From Blastocladiella emersonii ATCC 22665 (Eukaryota > Fungi > Blastocladiomycota), in NCBI GenBank assembly GCA_025594325.1, contig JANHCV010000002.1:1860001-1924000 (forward strand): a stretch of 64,000 nt of DNA, given 5' to 3'. Both the position numbers and the translations under genes were made by a program. The notes beneath the pieces were generated by a model. The model was not told the DNA's origin, ran no database searches, and worked only from the letters and a program-made list of their open reading frames with translations. Below are positions 8,310 to 19,073 of the stretch, in pieces (within the stretch, counting starts at the first letter, position 1; each line of letters opens with the position of its first letter).

Positions 8310-10505
8310 CTACGCATAGCGGCGCGGGTGCGGCGACTGCGGGGGTTGCTGCTGCTGCTGCACTGCACCTGGCGCGCGCAGGCCGGACCCGAGCGAGCCC
8401 GGTGGCCGGATCCCCGTGCCAGCCGTTGGTGGGCGCATGAGACCCGAGCCCGTGAGCAAGCGGGTCGGCGGCGGGATCGCCGAGGGCGCGGGCAGTCCCG
8501 AGGTCGCGCCGGACGCGGGACGGCGGAGACCGGTGGCGGGCGGGAGGAGGCCCGAGCCGGTCATCGACGTCGACGGGCCGCGGAGACCCGACGCCGGCGC
8601 CGGGAGCCCTGAACTGCTTGGCCGCGAGCTGCGGAGAGACGTCATGCTGGCCGCGCGGTGAAGCCCAGACGACGCAGCGGGGACCGCTGAGGGAGCCGGC
8701 ATGCCGGTACCCGCAGCGCCGCCAGTAGTCGAAGCCGGTGCGCCCGAGTACGAGAAGGGGCGCGACGAGGTGACACCGGCGCCGAGCGGCATGGACGGCT
8801 GGCGGCGGAGCCCGGTCATGGCGGTCGCGTTGGGAAGCTGGTTGTGGAACGAGTGGTGGTGGTGCTGCGAGGTCTCGGCACCGCGCACAGCGCCGCCCGA
8901 GGTTGGCCGGGCCGCGCCGGTCGTCGTGGTGCTGCGGCGCGAGACGACGGAAATGGTCGGCGAGGATCCCTGGCCCGAGAGCGGGGACGACGAGGTCGAA
9001 GACGGCGGGCGAGGAGCGAGCGTCACGCCCGGATGCGTCGCGCGGACGGGCGCGGGGCTCTGCACGTTGGGTGGATTTGGCATCGACGCGGTCATGCGGA
9101 TGGCCGAGGCGGACGGAGCCATGAGGGTTGAGGGACGAGATGACCGGGCCGAGGCCAGCGACTGCGGCGCGGGTAGTGGCGGAGCAGCAGCAGCTACCAC
9201 GTCCATGGGTTCGGAGATGCGCGACGAGGCGGGCGACTCGAGCGGCACGCGCGGTGCATGCACCACGCTGTCGAGCGAAGCGAAGTCGACGGGCGGCACG
9301 CGCGAGCGGCGGGACTCGGGCTGGGGCTGAGCAGGAGCAGGTGCTGGTGCGGGATCGACGGCCATGTCGTCCGCAGCACCTGCCGATGGGGCAGCGTGCG
9401 TCGAGCGGGCAGGTGGGGGAGCAAGCGGCTCGACGGGTTCCGGGTCCAGGAGCACGTTGGGGAGGAAGCCGCCGGTCCGCGGCGACGGCGCAACGCTCGA
9501 GTGGGCCGAGGTGGCGCCGTACGTCGCGCTCCGAGTCGGGAAAGCGGGCTGCGGCGGCGCCGTGTGGGCGGCCGAGGACGAGAAGGAGGTCGCGTTGACG
9601 AGCGGCGACGACGTGGACATGGAGCGGAAGGGCGACGCGGTTGACGAAGAAGAAGGCGAGCTCGAGATGGGCAGGGGCGGCGCGTTCTTAATGCGGGCGA
9701 GCCGCTTGCGGATATCCTCGAGACTCGGCGGGTTGGGTTTGGACGCGCTGGCGGGTGCGCCTGAGGTGCGGCTCGTCTGCGGCGTCGAGTGAAGGCTGTC
9801 GGAAGCACGGGCGGCGCTCGCGCGAGGGTCGTACGAGCCCGAGGCCGCGGCGGGCGCGGTGCGGTGGCTCATCCGCTGCTGCGGGGCGTGGAACTCGGGC
9901 GACTCTGGCCGGCGCGAGGTGGTGGACGAAATGCTGCTGATGCGGCGGTCGCCCGGGATGATGGTCTGGTCGGGGTCGAACGAGTCGGACCCGCTCGACG
10001 CGCTGCCGCGGCGGTCCTCGCCCCGGCGACGCACAAAGGCGCGCCCCGTATCGTCGTCGCTGTCGTCCTCGGACGACGTCAGGTTGTCGAAGAAGAAGGG
10101 GCTGACGGTCTTGTCGGGGTCCACGTCCATGGCCGACTTGGGCTTGCGCTTGCTCCGCTTGCTGCTGCTGCGCACGGGCGACGCGGCGGCCTCGGCGGGC
10201 GGCGCAACGGGCGAGCGCGCCGGCGCCGCAGTGGCGGTCGGGAGAAACTCGTCCATGGGATCGGCGTGATCGAGGCCGTCGAACGTGTAGGCGTCGATGT
10301 TCTCGGCCGACGACTCGACCATGGAGTCGAAGAAGTTGAGACTCTCGCGGCGGTCCGCGTTCGGGTCGGCGTCGAGGTGCGCGAGCAGGTCGCGCGTGCG
10401 GTTCGCGTGCCCCGCGGCGGCGGCGGCGGCTGCCCGCGGGGACTGCGGCGCGTCTGTGAGCCCATGGCCGTTGCCGAGCGTGTGGCGCGACCGCGGCGAG
10501 TCCAT
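8310..10505 (-). CDS. Largely disordered Ser/Pro/Ala-rich protein of about 730 aa, function unknown
   Basis: Long uninterrupted ORF with coding-like codon bias; likely start MDSPRSRH at 10505; C-terminal SGLP/SGLR/SAIP-type repeats and one short predicted helix LEDIRKRLARIK. Confidence 0.7.
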   Translation of the reverse strand: MDSPRSRHTLGNGHGLTDAPQSPRAAAAAAAGHANRTRDLLAHLDADPNADRRESLNFFDSMVESSAENIDAYTFDGLDHADPMDEFLPTATAAPARSPVAPPAEAAASPVRSSSKRSKRKPKSAMDVDPDKTVSPFFFDNLTSSEDDSDDDTGRAFVRRRGEDRRGSASSGSDSFDPDQTIIPGDRRISSISSTTSRRPESPEFHAPQQRMSHRTAPAAASGSYDPRASAARASDSLHSTPQTSRTSGAPASASKPNPPSLEDIRKRLARIKNAPPLPISSSPSSSSTASPFRSMSTSSPLVNATSFSSSAAHTAPPQPAFPTRSATYGATSAHSSVAPSPRTGGFLPNVLLDPEPVEPLAPPPARSTHAAPSAGAADDMAVDPAPAPAPAQPQPESRRSRVPPVDFASLDSVVHAPRVPLESPASSRISEPMDVVAAAAPPLPAPQSLASARSSRPSTLMAPSASAIRMTASMPNPPNVQSPAPVRATHPGVTLAPRPPSSTSSSPLSGQGSSPTISVVSRRSTTTTGAARPTSGGAVRGAETSQHHHHSFHNQLPNATAMTGLRRQPSMPLGAGVTSSRPFSYSGAPASTTGGAAGTGMPAPSAVPAASSGLHRAASMTSLRSSRPSSSGLPAPASGLRGPSTSMTGSGLLPPATGLRRPASGATSGLPAPSAIPPPTRLLTGSGLMRPPTAGTGIRPPGSLGSGLRAPGAVQQQQQPPQSPHPRRYA

Positions 10506-11678
10506 GGCGTTGATGCGTTGCAGCGATGGGGGGTGCCGGGATGATGGCGGTGGAGCGGCGAGGTCGCGGTTGGCCGAGTGCGTCGACGGCGTGAGACGGT
10601 GAGAACCGGCCAAAACCAGCGGAAACCGGCCGCCACCTCCCTGCTGCAGCGTCACCTGATGTCACCCGACGCGGCGAAACCGAGGACGCCTCCCTGGCTG
10701 CGCCTCTTCCTGCAACGCCCTCTGCTCGGCCCCGCGCCCGTTTCCATGCCGACCCGCCCCTCTCATCATGCAATGTATCCGCCTCGAGACATTTAATGCA
10801 GTGCTGTGATTTCTACTGAGCCGTATCGTCCCGAGAGTGACGTCGATGGAGAGGCGAGACCGATAGCAGGCTTGCCCGACTTTGACGCGCCCACCGCCTG
10901 CGACGAATATTTTTACGCCCGCGCCGGCTCGATTGTCTCCGGCCCGCGCCGTCCCGCGCGTCTCACGCGTCACATCGCGTCGCGCCTCAGCTACTGCCGC
11001 CGATTAGATAGGTCCGCCTCCCCGCCGCGAACCTATCAGCTGCATGAGTTTCGCGCCGACGGCAACGTCCTGCCGACCAACCACACCCGCCGTTCTCCTC
11101 CCCATCATCCGCTGAGCTCGCTAATGGCGACGCGCTTCTCCCGTCGTCGCCGGAAATTCCGTGGGAGCAGGGTCAGCCGACGCTGACGGTCGGCACTCCG
11201 CCATCCGTCGCGTCCTTATCCGCTTGCGACCGCTGCGAATGGTGCCGCGACGTTTCCAACTTTGCAACGCGGCACGGTCCCGTGGCCACGGCGCAAGCCC
11301 TGTCCGCGCCCCGCCGGGTCCCGTCGTCAAAAGTCTACCTGCAGCCGCGACGCACTCGGCGATTCCGTATCTATCGCTCGCGCTACGCGCGGCGCGTCTA
11401 TTTAGCCTGGCCGCCCCCGCGCAGCGCTGCTCCCTCTACCCTCCCGTGTGTAATCGTCAACGTGTAATCGTTACTCTCTCCTCCTCCTCCCTCGTCTCCC
11501 TCCCGACCATCGACTCTGCTGGCCGAGTCGAGCTTATCATCCTCTCCACGACCTGTACCTCTACACCCTCGCCCTGTAATCCGTCTGTATCTCGCTCGCG
11601 AGGCTCCGTGTATCGAGCCTCTATCATCGCCACCCTCCCACTCCACCCGTCGCCTCCCACTGTATCTCAATCTTCACC

Positions 11679-12431
11679 ATGGAGTGCGCATCCCAAGCCT
11701 GTGTCGTCATTACCAAGTACGTGGTGCCGTCGTTCGGCGCCATCACGGCGATCGTGACGGGCGCATCGCCCGTGTTCGCGGTGCGCAAGATCCGCGTGTC
11801 CAAGGACATGGGCTCCAACAACCCAGTGCCCTACCCGTTCATCTTCCTCAACGCGCTGATCTGGATCGAGTACGGCCTGCTGATCCGGGACATCTTCGTG
11901 GTGGCGCCCAACATCGTCGGCCTGCTGTTCGGCGGGTGGTTCGTGCGGTCCGTGTATGGGCTGACGACGCCGGGCCAGCAGCGGCTCATGGACCTGATCG
12001 TGATCGTCGGCACCGCCGCCATCTTCCTCACGTCAACCGTCGCGTTCCTGTGGCTGACGCCCGCCGCGGGCCGCCTCGCGCTCGGCATCCTCTCGGTCAT
12101 CATCCTCGGCCTCTTCTACACGTCGCCGCTCACGGTCCTGTACCAGGTGATCGCAAACCGCGACTCGACGCCCTTCTCGGCCCCGCTCGCGTGCGCGTGC
12201 CTCGTCAACGGCGGACTGTGGACCGTGTACGGGTTCGTCCTTGGCGACGGGTTCATCTACGGGCCCAACATCCTCGGCGCCGCGTTCGCCGTGGTCCAGC
12301 TCACCGCCCGCACCATCTTCCCCGCGCGCGGTGCCGCCGCCGCCGACAAGGGCAAGACCGAGGGCGAGGTGGTCCCGATGCCCGCCACGACGAGTAAGCG
12401 GTCGTCCGTGATCCCCGCCGGCCCCAAGTGA
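11679..12431 (+). CDS. SWEET: SWEET (MtN3/saliva) sugar transporter, intronless, 250 aa
   Basis: Two MtN3 repeats: NPVPYPFIFLNALIWIEYGLL...VAPNIVG and FYTSPL...STPFSAPLACACLVNGGLWTVYGFVLGDGFIYGPNILG. Confidence 0.93.
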   Translation: MECASQACVVITKYVVPSFGAITAIVTGASPVFAVRKIRVSKDMGSNNPVPYPFIFLNALIWIEYGLLIRDIFVVAPNIVGLLFGGWFVRSVYGLTTPGQQRLMDLIVIVGTAAIFLTSTVAFLWLTPAAGRLALGILSVIILGLFYTSPLTVLYQVIANRDSTPFSAPLACACLVNGGLWTVYGFVLGDGFIYGPNILGAAFAVVQLTARTIFPARGAAAADKGKTEGEVVPMPATTSKRSSVIPAGPK

Positions 12432-13184
12432 TGGTGGGCCGAGTAGTGTAACTATTTGTGGATACACCTCTATGCAACCTTATCCGAACGACGCCACCTA
12501 CATGCACGCGTGAGTGAGTGAGGGCGGAGAGTGACTCGGCGCGTCCGCGGCAGAGACGCGTCGCGCGTCGCGCCATGCACGATCGGGCCATCGCGCCACA
12601 CTCGGCCCGCGATATCGCCGCTTCATCCCTGCTCGCGCCGTCGCCGCCGCCGACCTCCGATTGCTATGCACGCTCGCACCGACCATGATAGATGAGCGAC
12701 GTAATCGCCTTGGCCAGTCGCGCTTGGGAGGCGCTGAGGCGAGGACAAGGACGACGGCAGCCCCCGGCTCGCTTCAAGGGCGAGGCCCGCGGGTCCAAAA
12801 ATAAAGTGATCTCAAACCGCGCCGGCGTCTCGCTTATGTTGCAGCTCGGCCGGTGCCGGACGCTGTCCCGTGCGTGCGAGTCGACCTCACTCACGAGGGC
12901 CGAATTCGACGGGGGCGTGGCCGACCAGACAAGGCAAGCGAGTCGCGTCCGAGCTCGGTTCCCGCCGGCCGCGCGCGCAGCCCTCGCTCTCTCTCATCTC
13001 ACGCATCGCGCCGCGCCGCGATTATCATCCCGCAACTTGACGCAGCCTGCAGAAGTAGCAGAAGCAACGGATCGTCATCACCTGCAGCGCAGCGGACCCA
13101 TCATCGCAGGACAGCACGACCATCCTCGGCCGTGACTAGAACCCCCCTCCATCCCATCGCACCACCACACCACACACCACCACC

Positions 13185-14270
13185 ATGTCCGGCGTCCAGT
13201 GCACCTCGTCCGCGTGCACGGCGCTGCTCAACTACGTCGTCCCGGCGCTCGGCAACCTGACGGCCGGTACGCTGCGCGAGCGTGTGCGACGTCCGCGATC
13301 GTGACGGCCGGCCGCTGACGTGACCCGCCCGCTCGCCCGGCGATCTAGTCCTGACGTGTCTGGCCCCGCTGCCCGCCGTCCGCCGATTCCGCGTCGCACA
13401 AAACCTCGGCACCGTCAATCCGTACGTGTGCAGTGATGTGATCGCGCGCCGCGGTCGTGGGAGACACTGCTGACGTCGCCCCTCGCTCGCGCGCGTTGTG
13501 TAGCGTCCCCTACGCGTTCCTGTACATTAACGCGCTCATCTGGATCCAGTACGGCATCTTCATCCGCGACATCGTACGCATCGCCCCGCTGTTCTGCCCG
13601 CCGTGATCGCAAGTCTGATCCCGCCCCACACGCGCGCCTCCCCCTCTAGTTCGTCGTCGGGCCCAACCTGGTCGGCGTCCTCCTCGCCGCGTGGTACATG
13701 CGCTCGGCGTACGGTCTCGCGACGCCGCAGCAGCGCAAGCTCATGGACTCGATCAGCTCGACTGGCGCGCTGACCGTGTTCCTGGTCGCGACCGTGTCGT
13801 CCATCTGGCTGTCGCCCGACGCCGGCCGCCTCGCGCTCGGCGTCACGTCCGTGATCATCCTGGGGCTCTTCTACTCGTCGCCGCTGTCGGTCCTCGCCAC
13901 GGTGCTCCGCACGCGCGACGCGTCGCCCTTTGACGTGCCGCTCGCCGTCACCTGCCTCGTCAACGGCAGCCTGTGGATCGTCTACGGGATCGTGCTCGCC
14001 GACCCCTTCATCTGGGCGCCCAACATCGCCGGCGCCGCGTTCGCCGTCGTCCAGCTCGTCGCACGCGCCGTGCTCCCGGCGCGCGTGCAGGCCGAGATCG
14101 TGCTTAGCGACGAGGAGTCGATGCACAAGAAGTCGACGGGTCATGGCGACGAGAGCGCGACGACGAGCGCCGGCGGCGAAACGCGGCCCGCGGTCCACCG
14201 GTCCGACTCGGACGAGTTTTCGCAGGGGTCGCCCAACGATACCCCGCTCATGGCCGGGTTCCGCCGCTGA
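13185..14270 (+). CDS. SWEET: SWEET sugar transporter paralog, 4 exons
   Basis: Exons 13185-13266, 13349-13421, 13504-13573, 13650-14270 splice in frame (GTACGY...TAG introns) to a protein colinear with the upstream SWEET (NPVPYAFLYINALIWIQYG; FYSSPL; LWIVYG; WAPNIAG). Confidence 0.92.
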
Positions 14271-14587
14271 CGCGACGGCGCGGAGCGGAGCCGAGGCGAG
14301 AGTAGGAGAGAGAACTTGGGCGTGTGTCATTTAGCAATTGCATAGTAAATCAATACCTCTTGCGTAGCACTCTTGTCGCCTCTGATTTCGACCGGACTGG
14401 TGCCAAGGCCGTGGCGCGAGAAAGAGTGCGAGACACTGTGGCGCACCCCACGTGGGCGCGGCGGAGGCGGATCTGGGGACCGCTGAAACGAAGCGTGCGT
14501 CACACTTTCGCCGGGTACAAGAACCCCTCGCCGCCCCATCGCGCTCTCTCTCCATGGACCGCTTCACGAATGCAACGCTAGACAACC

Positions 14588-15952
14588 ATGGAACCGATAC
14601 CCGTGAGACTTCCGCTTGAGCTCATCGAGCAGATCCTCATCACGGCCTTCTTGGCTGACCAGTGGACCGGCGCCCCGGACCGCTTCACGCGCGTCGCGCC
14701 GGGCCTGACCCACCTGCAGGCCGTCATCTTCAAGCACTCGCCGTCGCTGTACTTCAGCAGTGCGCTCGAGAAGGGCAACCTGCCGCTCCTCAACGGCCTC
14801 GCGCGGCACCGCGACCCAGCAAAACTCTACTACTCGGCCTACTCGACGTCCGTAATCGCGCGCGAGGGCCGTATCGATCTGCTCAACTGGCTGCACCGCG
14901 ATTCGGGGCTCAAGATGGTCTACGAGGACCGCACGCTCGACATGGCTAGCGCAAACGGCCACGTCGCCGTGCTGCAGTGGTTCCGCGAATCCGGGCTTGC
15001 GATGCTATACTCGGCGAGCGCCATCGACGGCGCGGCGCGCGAGGGCCGGATTGACGTACTCGACTGGTGGCGCAGCTCGGGGCTCGAGCTCAAGTACTCA
15101 AACGACGCCATGGGCGACGCGGCGGCCCGCGGCCGCATTGACGTGCTGCAGTGGTTCCTCGACTCGGGGCTCGAGCTCGAGGCCAGCAAGGTCGCGCAGA
15201 AGGCCGCCGACCACAATCAGCTCGACGTTCTCCGCTGGTGCAAGGCCAACGGGATCCCCGTCGACCACGAGTCCATCAACCTCGCGTCCCCGTGCGGCAA
15301 CGACGCCCTCGAGTGCCTGCAGCTGCTGGTCCGCGAGTTCCCCGCCGAGATGCGCGCCAAGGACTGGTCCGAGGGCATCGTGGCCGCTGTCAACTCCGAC
15401 CGCGTCGAGGTGCTCGACTGGATCGCCAAGAGCGTGGTCCCCGTCGACCATCCCGCGTGGTCGGCCAAGGCCGACGGGACCCCGCGCCGCCTGGTCGACG
15501 TGGCCAGCAAGCAGAACTCGGTCGGGGTTCTCGCATGGCTCGTGGCCAACCTGCCCGCCGCTGCGCTCGAGTACACGGAGGCGTCGCTTGACGATGCAGA
15601 AAGCTACACGTACGACGACCCTATCATTGCCCGGCTCGAGTGGTGGAAGCAGTCGGGCCTGCCTCTTAAGTACACGGCGGAGGCCATGGACAAGGCGACG
15701 GCGTGTGGGTGGGACGGCGTGCTGCGGTGGTGGCGCGACTCGGGCCTCGAGCTCAAGTACAGCGGTGCCGGCGTCGCCGAAGCCGTCCACCGCGGGCGCG
15801 CAGGGGTCCTCGAGTTTTGGAACGGATCGGGGCTACCGCGCTGGGGCAGGCCTGAGGACATGGTCCGCACGAGCGACGAGGAGTTGAGCGATACGTGTCT
15901 GTTCGCTATGCAGAATCTGGCGTATCAGCTCAGCGACGATGTGGAAGAATAA
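14588..15952 (+). CDS. F-box-like N-terminus plus degenerate ankyrin-like (WWxxSGLxLKY) repeats, paralog 1
   Basis: Intronless 454 aa; LPLELIEQIL near the N-terminus; repeated units such as DMASANGHVAVLQWF, IDVLDWWRSSGLELKYS, LEWWKQSGLPLKYTAEAMDKA. Confidence 0.85.
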   Translation: MEPIPVRLPLELIEQILITAFLADQWTGAPDRFTRVAPGLTHLQAVIFKHSPSLYFSSALEKGNLPLLNGLARHRDPAKLYYSAYSTSVIAREGRIDLLNWLHRDSGLKMVYEDRTLDMASANGHVAVLQWFRESGLAMLYSASAIDGAAREGRIDVLDWWRSSGLELKYSNDAMGDAAARGRIDVLQWFLDSGLELEASKVAQKAADHNQLDVLRWCKANGIPVDHESINLASPCGNDALECLQLLVREFPAEMRAKDWSEGIVAAVNSDRVEVLDWIAKSVVPVDHPAWSAKADGTPRRLVDVASKQNSVGVLAWLVANLPAAALEYTEASLDDAESYTYDDPIIARLEWWKQSGLPLKYTAEAMDKATACGWDGVLRWWRDSGLELKYSGAGVAEAVHRGRAGVLEFWNGSGLPRWGRPEDMVRTSDEELSDTCLFAMQNLAYQLSDDVEE

Positions 15953-16072
15953 AGTGAGTGATGAAGTGCTTGATGTTGGCTGTGATCGCGAGCGGGAGAC
16001 AATTTGCTGCTGGCGGCCTGATCGAACAGTTGATCCACTTGCTCTCTCGCTCCACCAAACCATGTATACACC

Positions 16073-17380
16073 ATGAAGGAAACCACCATGAAGTTGATGC
16101 AACTGAAGCTTCCGATCGAGATCATCGAGCACATTCTTGCGCTCGCCTTCCTGACCGACTTGGCGACCACGACGCCCAACGCGTACACCCGCGTGGCGCC
16201 TGGTCTCTCGATCCTGCACAAGCTCGTGTACCAGCGGAGTTACAAGCTCGAGACGCGTCGGAAGCTGCTGTTCATGACCTTTGATCAGGCGCTCAAGATG
16301 TGCGACCTCGAGCTGATGAAGCGTTACGTCAAGTACTGCAGACTGGCCGATCTCGAGTACAGCGACGTGAACCTGATTCCAGCGTGTGCTGGCGGCCGCC
16401 TGGATGTGCTTCAGTGGCTGTTCACCGAGTCAAAACTGCCCGTTCACTACGATGGCCGCGCGCTGAACGCGGCCATCGTTCATCGCCAGTTTGGTGTTCT
16501 CAACTTCTGGAAGCATTACGGGCTCAAGATCACGCTTACGAACGAGGCCTTGTCCGTGGTGGTCAAATGCGACATGTTTGACTGCTTGAACTGGTTCATT
16601 GGCGCGGGCTTGCGGGGCGACCTCGGTCCCGTTGCTCGCGTTGCAACCGAGCACATGAACGTCCGAGTGCTTCGCTGGTGCGAGGCCAACGACATCGCGA
16701 CCTTTGATTTCACGGAGACGCTGGGAAACGCGTGTCGGAACGGCCAGACGCGTGTTCTCGACGTGTGGTTGCGCGATTGGCGCGAAAAGCTGGTCACCTT
16801 GGACTGGACTGCGTGTATGGTCGGCGCTGCCAGGGACAACATGCCCGAGGTCTTGGACTGGCTGACCAAGGTGGTCCCCGTGAGCGACCCGGCTTGGATC
16901 GCGCGCAAGGACGGGGCGCCGCTGCATCTCATTGACGTCGCGAGCAAGCACAACGCGCTCGGAAGTCTCGACTGGATCATGCGCGAGCTTCCGCCCGCTG
17001 CGCGCGAGTACACGGCGGCGTCGCTCGACGCGAATGTCTCATTCCATCTCGAGGACGAGGTCCTCGCGAAACTAGACTGGTGGAAGCAGTCGGGTCTGCC
17101 CCTCAAATACACGGCGGCGGCCATGGACGCGGCCACGGCCAATGCGTGGGACCGCGTGCTCGTATGGTGGCGAGATTCGGGACTCGAGCTCAAATACTCG
17201 GGAGCGGGCATCGCGGACGCTGTGCAACGCCGGTATGCGCCCGTCATCGAGTTCTGGCGCGACTCGGGACTACCGCGATGGGCGCGGCCAGAGGACTTTG
17301 CGCGAATGTGCGACGAAGAGTTTGGCGAGGTGTGCCTGACGGCTGCTCAGCTCCTAGGATACGAGTTGAGCGAGGAGTAA
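16073..17380 (+). CDS. F-box-like plus ankyrin-like repeat protein, paralog 2
   Basis: Intronless 435 aa; LPIEIIEHIL...YTRVAPGL; C-terminal LDWWKQSGLPLKYTAAAMDAA...VLVWWRDSGLELKYSGAG close to paralog 1. The start could be a nearby downstream Met. Confidence 0.85.
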   Translation: MKETTMKLMQLKLPIEIIEHILALAFLTDLATTTPNAYTRVAPGLSILHKLVYQRSYKLETRRKLLFMTFDQALKMCDLELMKRYVKYCRLADLEYSDVNLIPACAGGRLDVLQWLFTESKLPVHYDGRALNAAIVHRQFGVLNFWKHYGLKITLTNEALSVVVKCDMFDCLNWFIGAGLRGDLGPVARVATEHMNVRVLRWCEANDIATFDFTETLGNACRNGQTRVLDVWLRDWREKLVTLDWTACMVGAARDNMPEVLDWLTKVVPVSDPAWIARKDGAPLHLIDVASKHNALGSLDWIMRELPPAAREYTAASLDANVSFHLEDEVLAKLDWWKQSGLPLKYTAAAMDAATANAWDRVLVWWRDSGLELKYSGAGIADAVQRRYAPVIEFWRDSGLPRWARPEDFARMCDEEFGEVCLTAAQLLGYELSEE

Positions 17381-17741
17381 TCATTAAACAATTGATGTGG
17401 CGTCCCGGTGATGGCATGAGTGAGTTGCAGTGGAGGGAGGGAGTTGCCGTCTCAGTGCATGCGTAGCGACAACAAGCGGAATGGAATTGAGCAGTGGGGC
17501 ACAAGAAACTATTCTGTTACTTTCTTTAGGATTGCTCGAAGGTGTTCGGTCTGTCGAGGCAAGCGCGAAAACTGTCTCGCAACCGGTGAGAGACGCGTCT
17601 CGATTTCATGTGACCGCGCCGCACGCATGTTCCGAGCGCCACAGCAGCTGCGACGGACCGTGCGAGCTCAACCTCCCGATCGCGGCATGCATGCATGCTC
17701 CGCCTCCCAACCCTTCAATGAAAGCGACTTGATGCACTCAG

Positions 17742-19073
17742 ATGAATGCGAAAACGCAACCCCTTCCGCGGCTTCCGCACGAGCTCGTCGAGCACGTCCT
17801 GATCCTTGCATTCATGGCCGACTGGCGGACCAAAAGGCCGGAGGTTTACACTCGCGTCAAACCCGGCCTCACGGTGCTGCAGAAAGTCGTGCAGCGGCAC
17901 AGCTACAAGCTGCAACTGCTCAGGCAGATCAAGGGCTATCCATTCGCGAATGCACTGCGGGATGGCGACCGGCAGCTTGCCCGCGGGTATGCGCGATACT
18001 GCAAACGATCGGACCTCACTTTTACCAACGCCGACGTGCTTCCGTCCTTTTCGGAGGGTCGAGTGAAGCTCCTGGACTGGCTACTTCACAAATCGAAACT
18101 TCCCGTGACACTTGGCAGCCTCGAGCTCGAAGCAGCCGTTTCCAGCGGGCAGATGGCCGTCCTCCGCTGGTGGCACGCGTCAGGGCTTGATATCACGGTT
18201 ACGAATCAACTTCTCCATCGCATCGCTATCACCTCCAGGACGAGCGTGCTGCAGTGGCTCGTCGATGCGGGGCAGTGGTTTGACGTGAACGAAATGAAGC
18301 GCATCGCCAGGGATTTCCGCAGCTGGACCATCCTTAACTGGTGCAGCGCGAATCGCGGCGCTGTGGCCAAGTTGGGTTCCCCAGCGGCCGTTGCCGAGAT
18401 GGTTGAGCGCGCGTGTCAAGAGGGCGATGTTGGAACGCTTGATCACTGGCTGCATTGCCGGCCAATCGAGGTGAAACGCATGGCACGTTGGTCAACCTGT
18501 ATTCGCGGCGCGGTTGAGCACGACCAGACCGCGAGCTTGGACTGGATCGCCAAGGTTAACTCTTGCAATCATACTGCGTGGGTCATGAACGGGTTCAAGG
18601 ATCAGCCCTCGCTTCTCGACTTGGCGAGCAAGGAGAATGCGGTTCGGAGCCTCAAGTGGCTCAAGCGCAACCTCCCGCCCGCCATTCTCGCGTACACGGC
18701 GGCCGCCATGGACACGAACCTTGCACATCAGCCAGAGGCGAAAGTCATTGCGCGTCTCGAGTGGTGGTGCACATCGGGCCTCCCGCTCAAGTACACGGCG
18801 GCGGCCATGGACGATGCCACGGCCAACGGGCACGACCGGGTCCTCTGGTGGTGGCGCCAGTCAGGCCTCGAGCTCAAATACACGGGCGCGGGGATCCCGA
18901 AAGCGATCGAGCGCATGTACCCGCCCGTGATTGAGTTCTGGCGCGACGCAGGGCTTCCCAACTGGGCCGACCCCAAGCATCTCATGGTCCAAACGGGCGA
19001 GGCCGAGTTTGACGAGCTGTTGCGCAGTGCGACGCGGGTCCTGATTTCGAGTGCGATCGAGAAGGAAGAGTAA
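17742..19073 (+). CDS. F-box-like plus ankyrin-like repeat protein, paralog 3
   Basis: Intronless 443 aa; LPHELVEHVL...YTRVKPGL; C-terminal LEWWCTSGLPLKYTAAAMDDATANGHDRVLWWWRQSGLELKYTGAG. Confidence 0.85.
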   Translation: MNAKTQPLPRLPHELVEHVLILAFMADWRTKRPEVYTRVKPGLTVLQKVVQRHSYKLQLLRQIKGYPFANALRDGDRQLARGYARYCKRSDLTFTNADVLPSFSEGRVKLLDWLLHKSKLPVTLGSLELEAAVSSGQMAVLRWWHASGLDITVTNQLLHRIAITSRTSVLQWLVDAGQWFDVNEMKRIARDFRSWTILNWCSANRGAVAKLGSPAAVAEMVERACQEGDVGTLDHWLHCRPIEVKRMARWSTCIRGAVEHDQTASLDWIAKVNSCNHTAWVMNGFKDQPSLLDLASKENAVRSLKWLKRNLPPAILAYTAAAMDTNLAHQPEAKVIARLEWWCTSGLPLKYTAAAMDDATANGHDRVLWWWRQSGLELKYTGAGIPKAIERMYPPVIEFWRDAGLPNWADPKHLMVQTGEAEFDELLRSATRVLISSAIEKEE

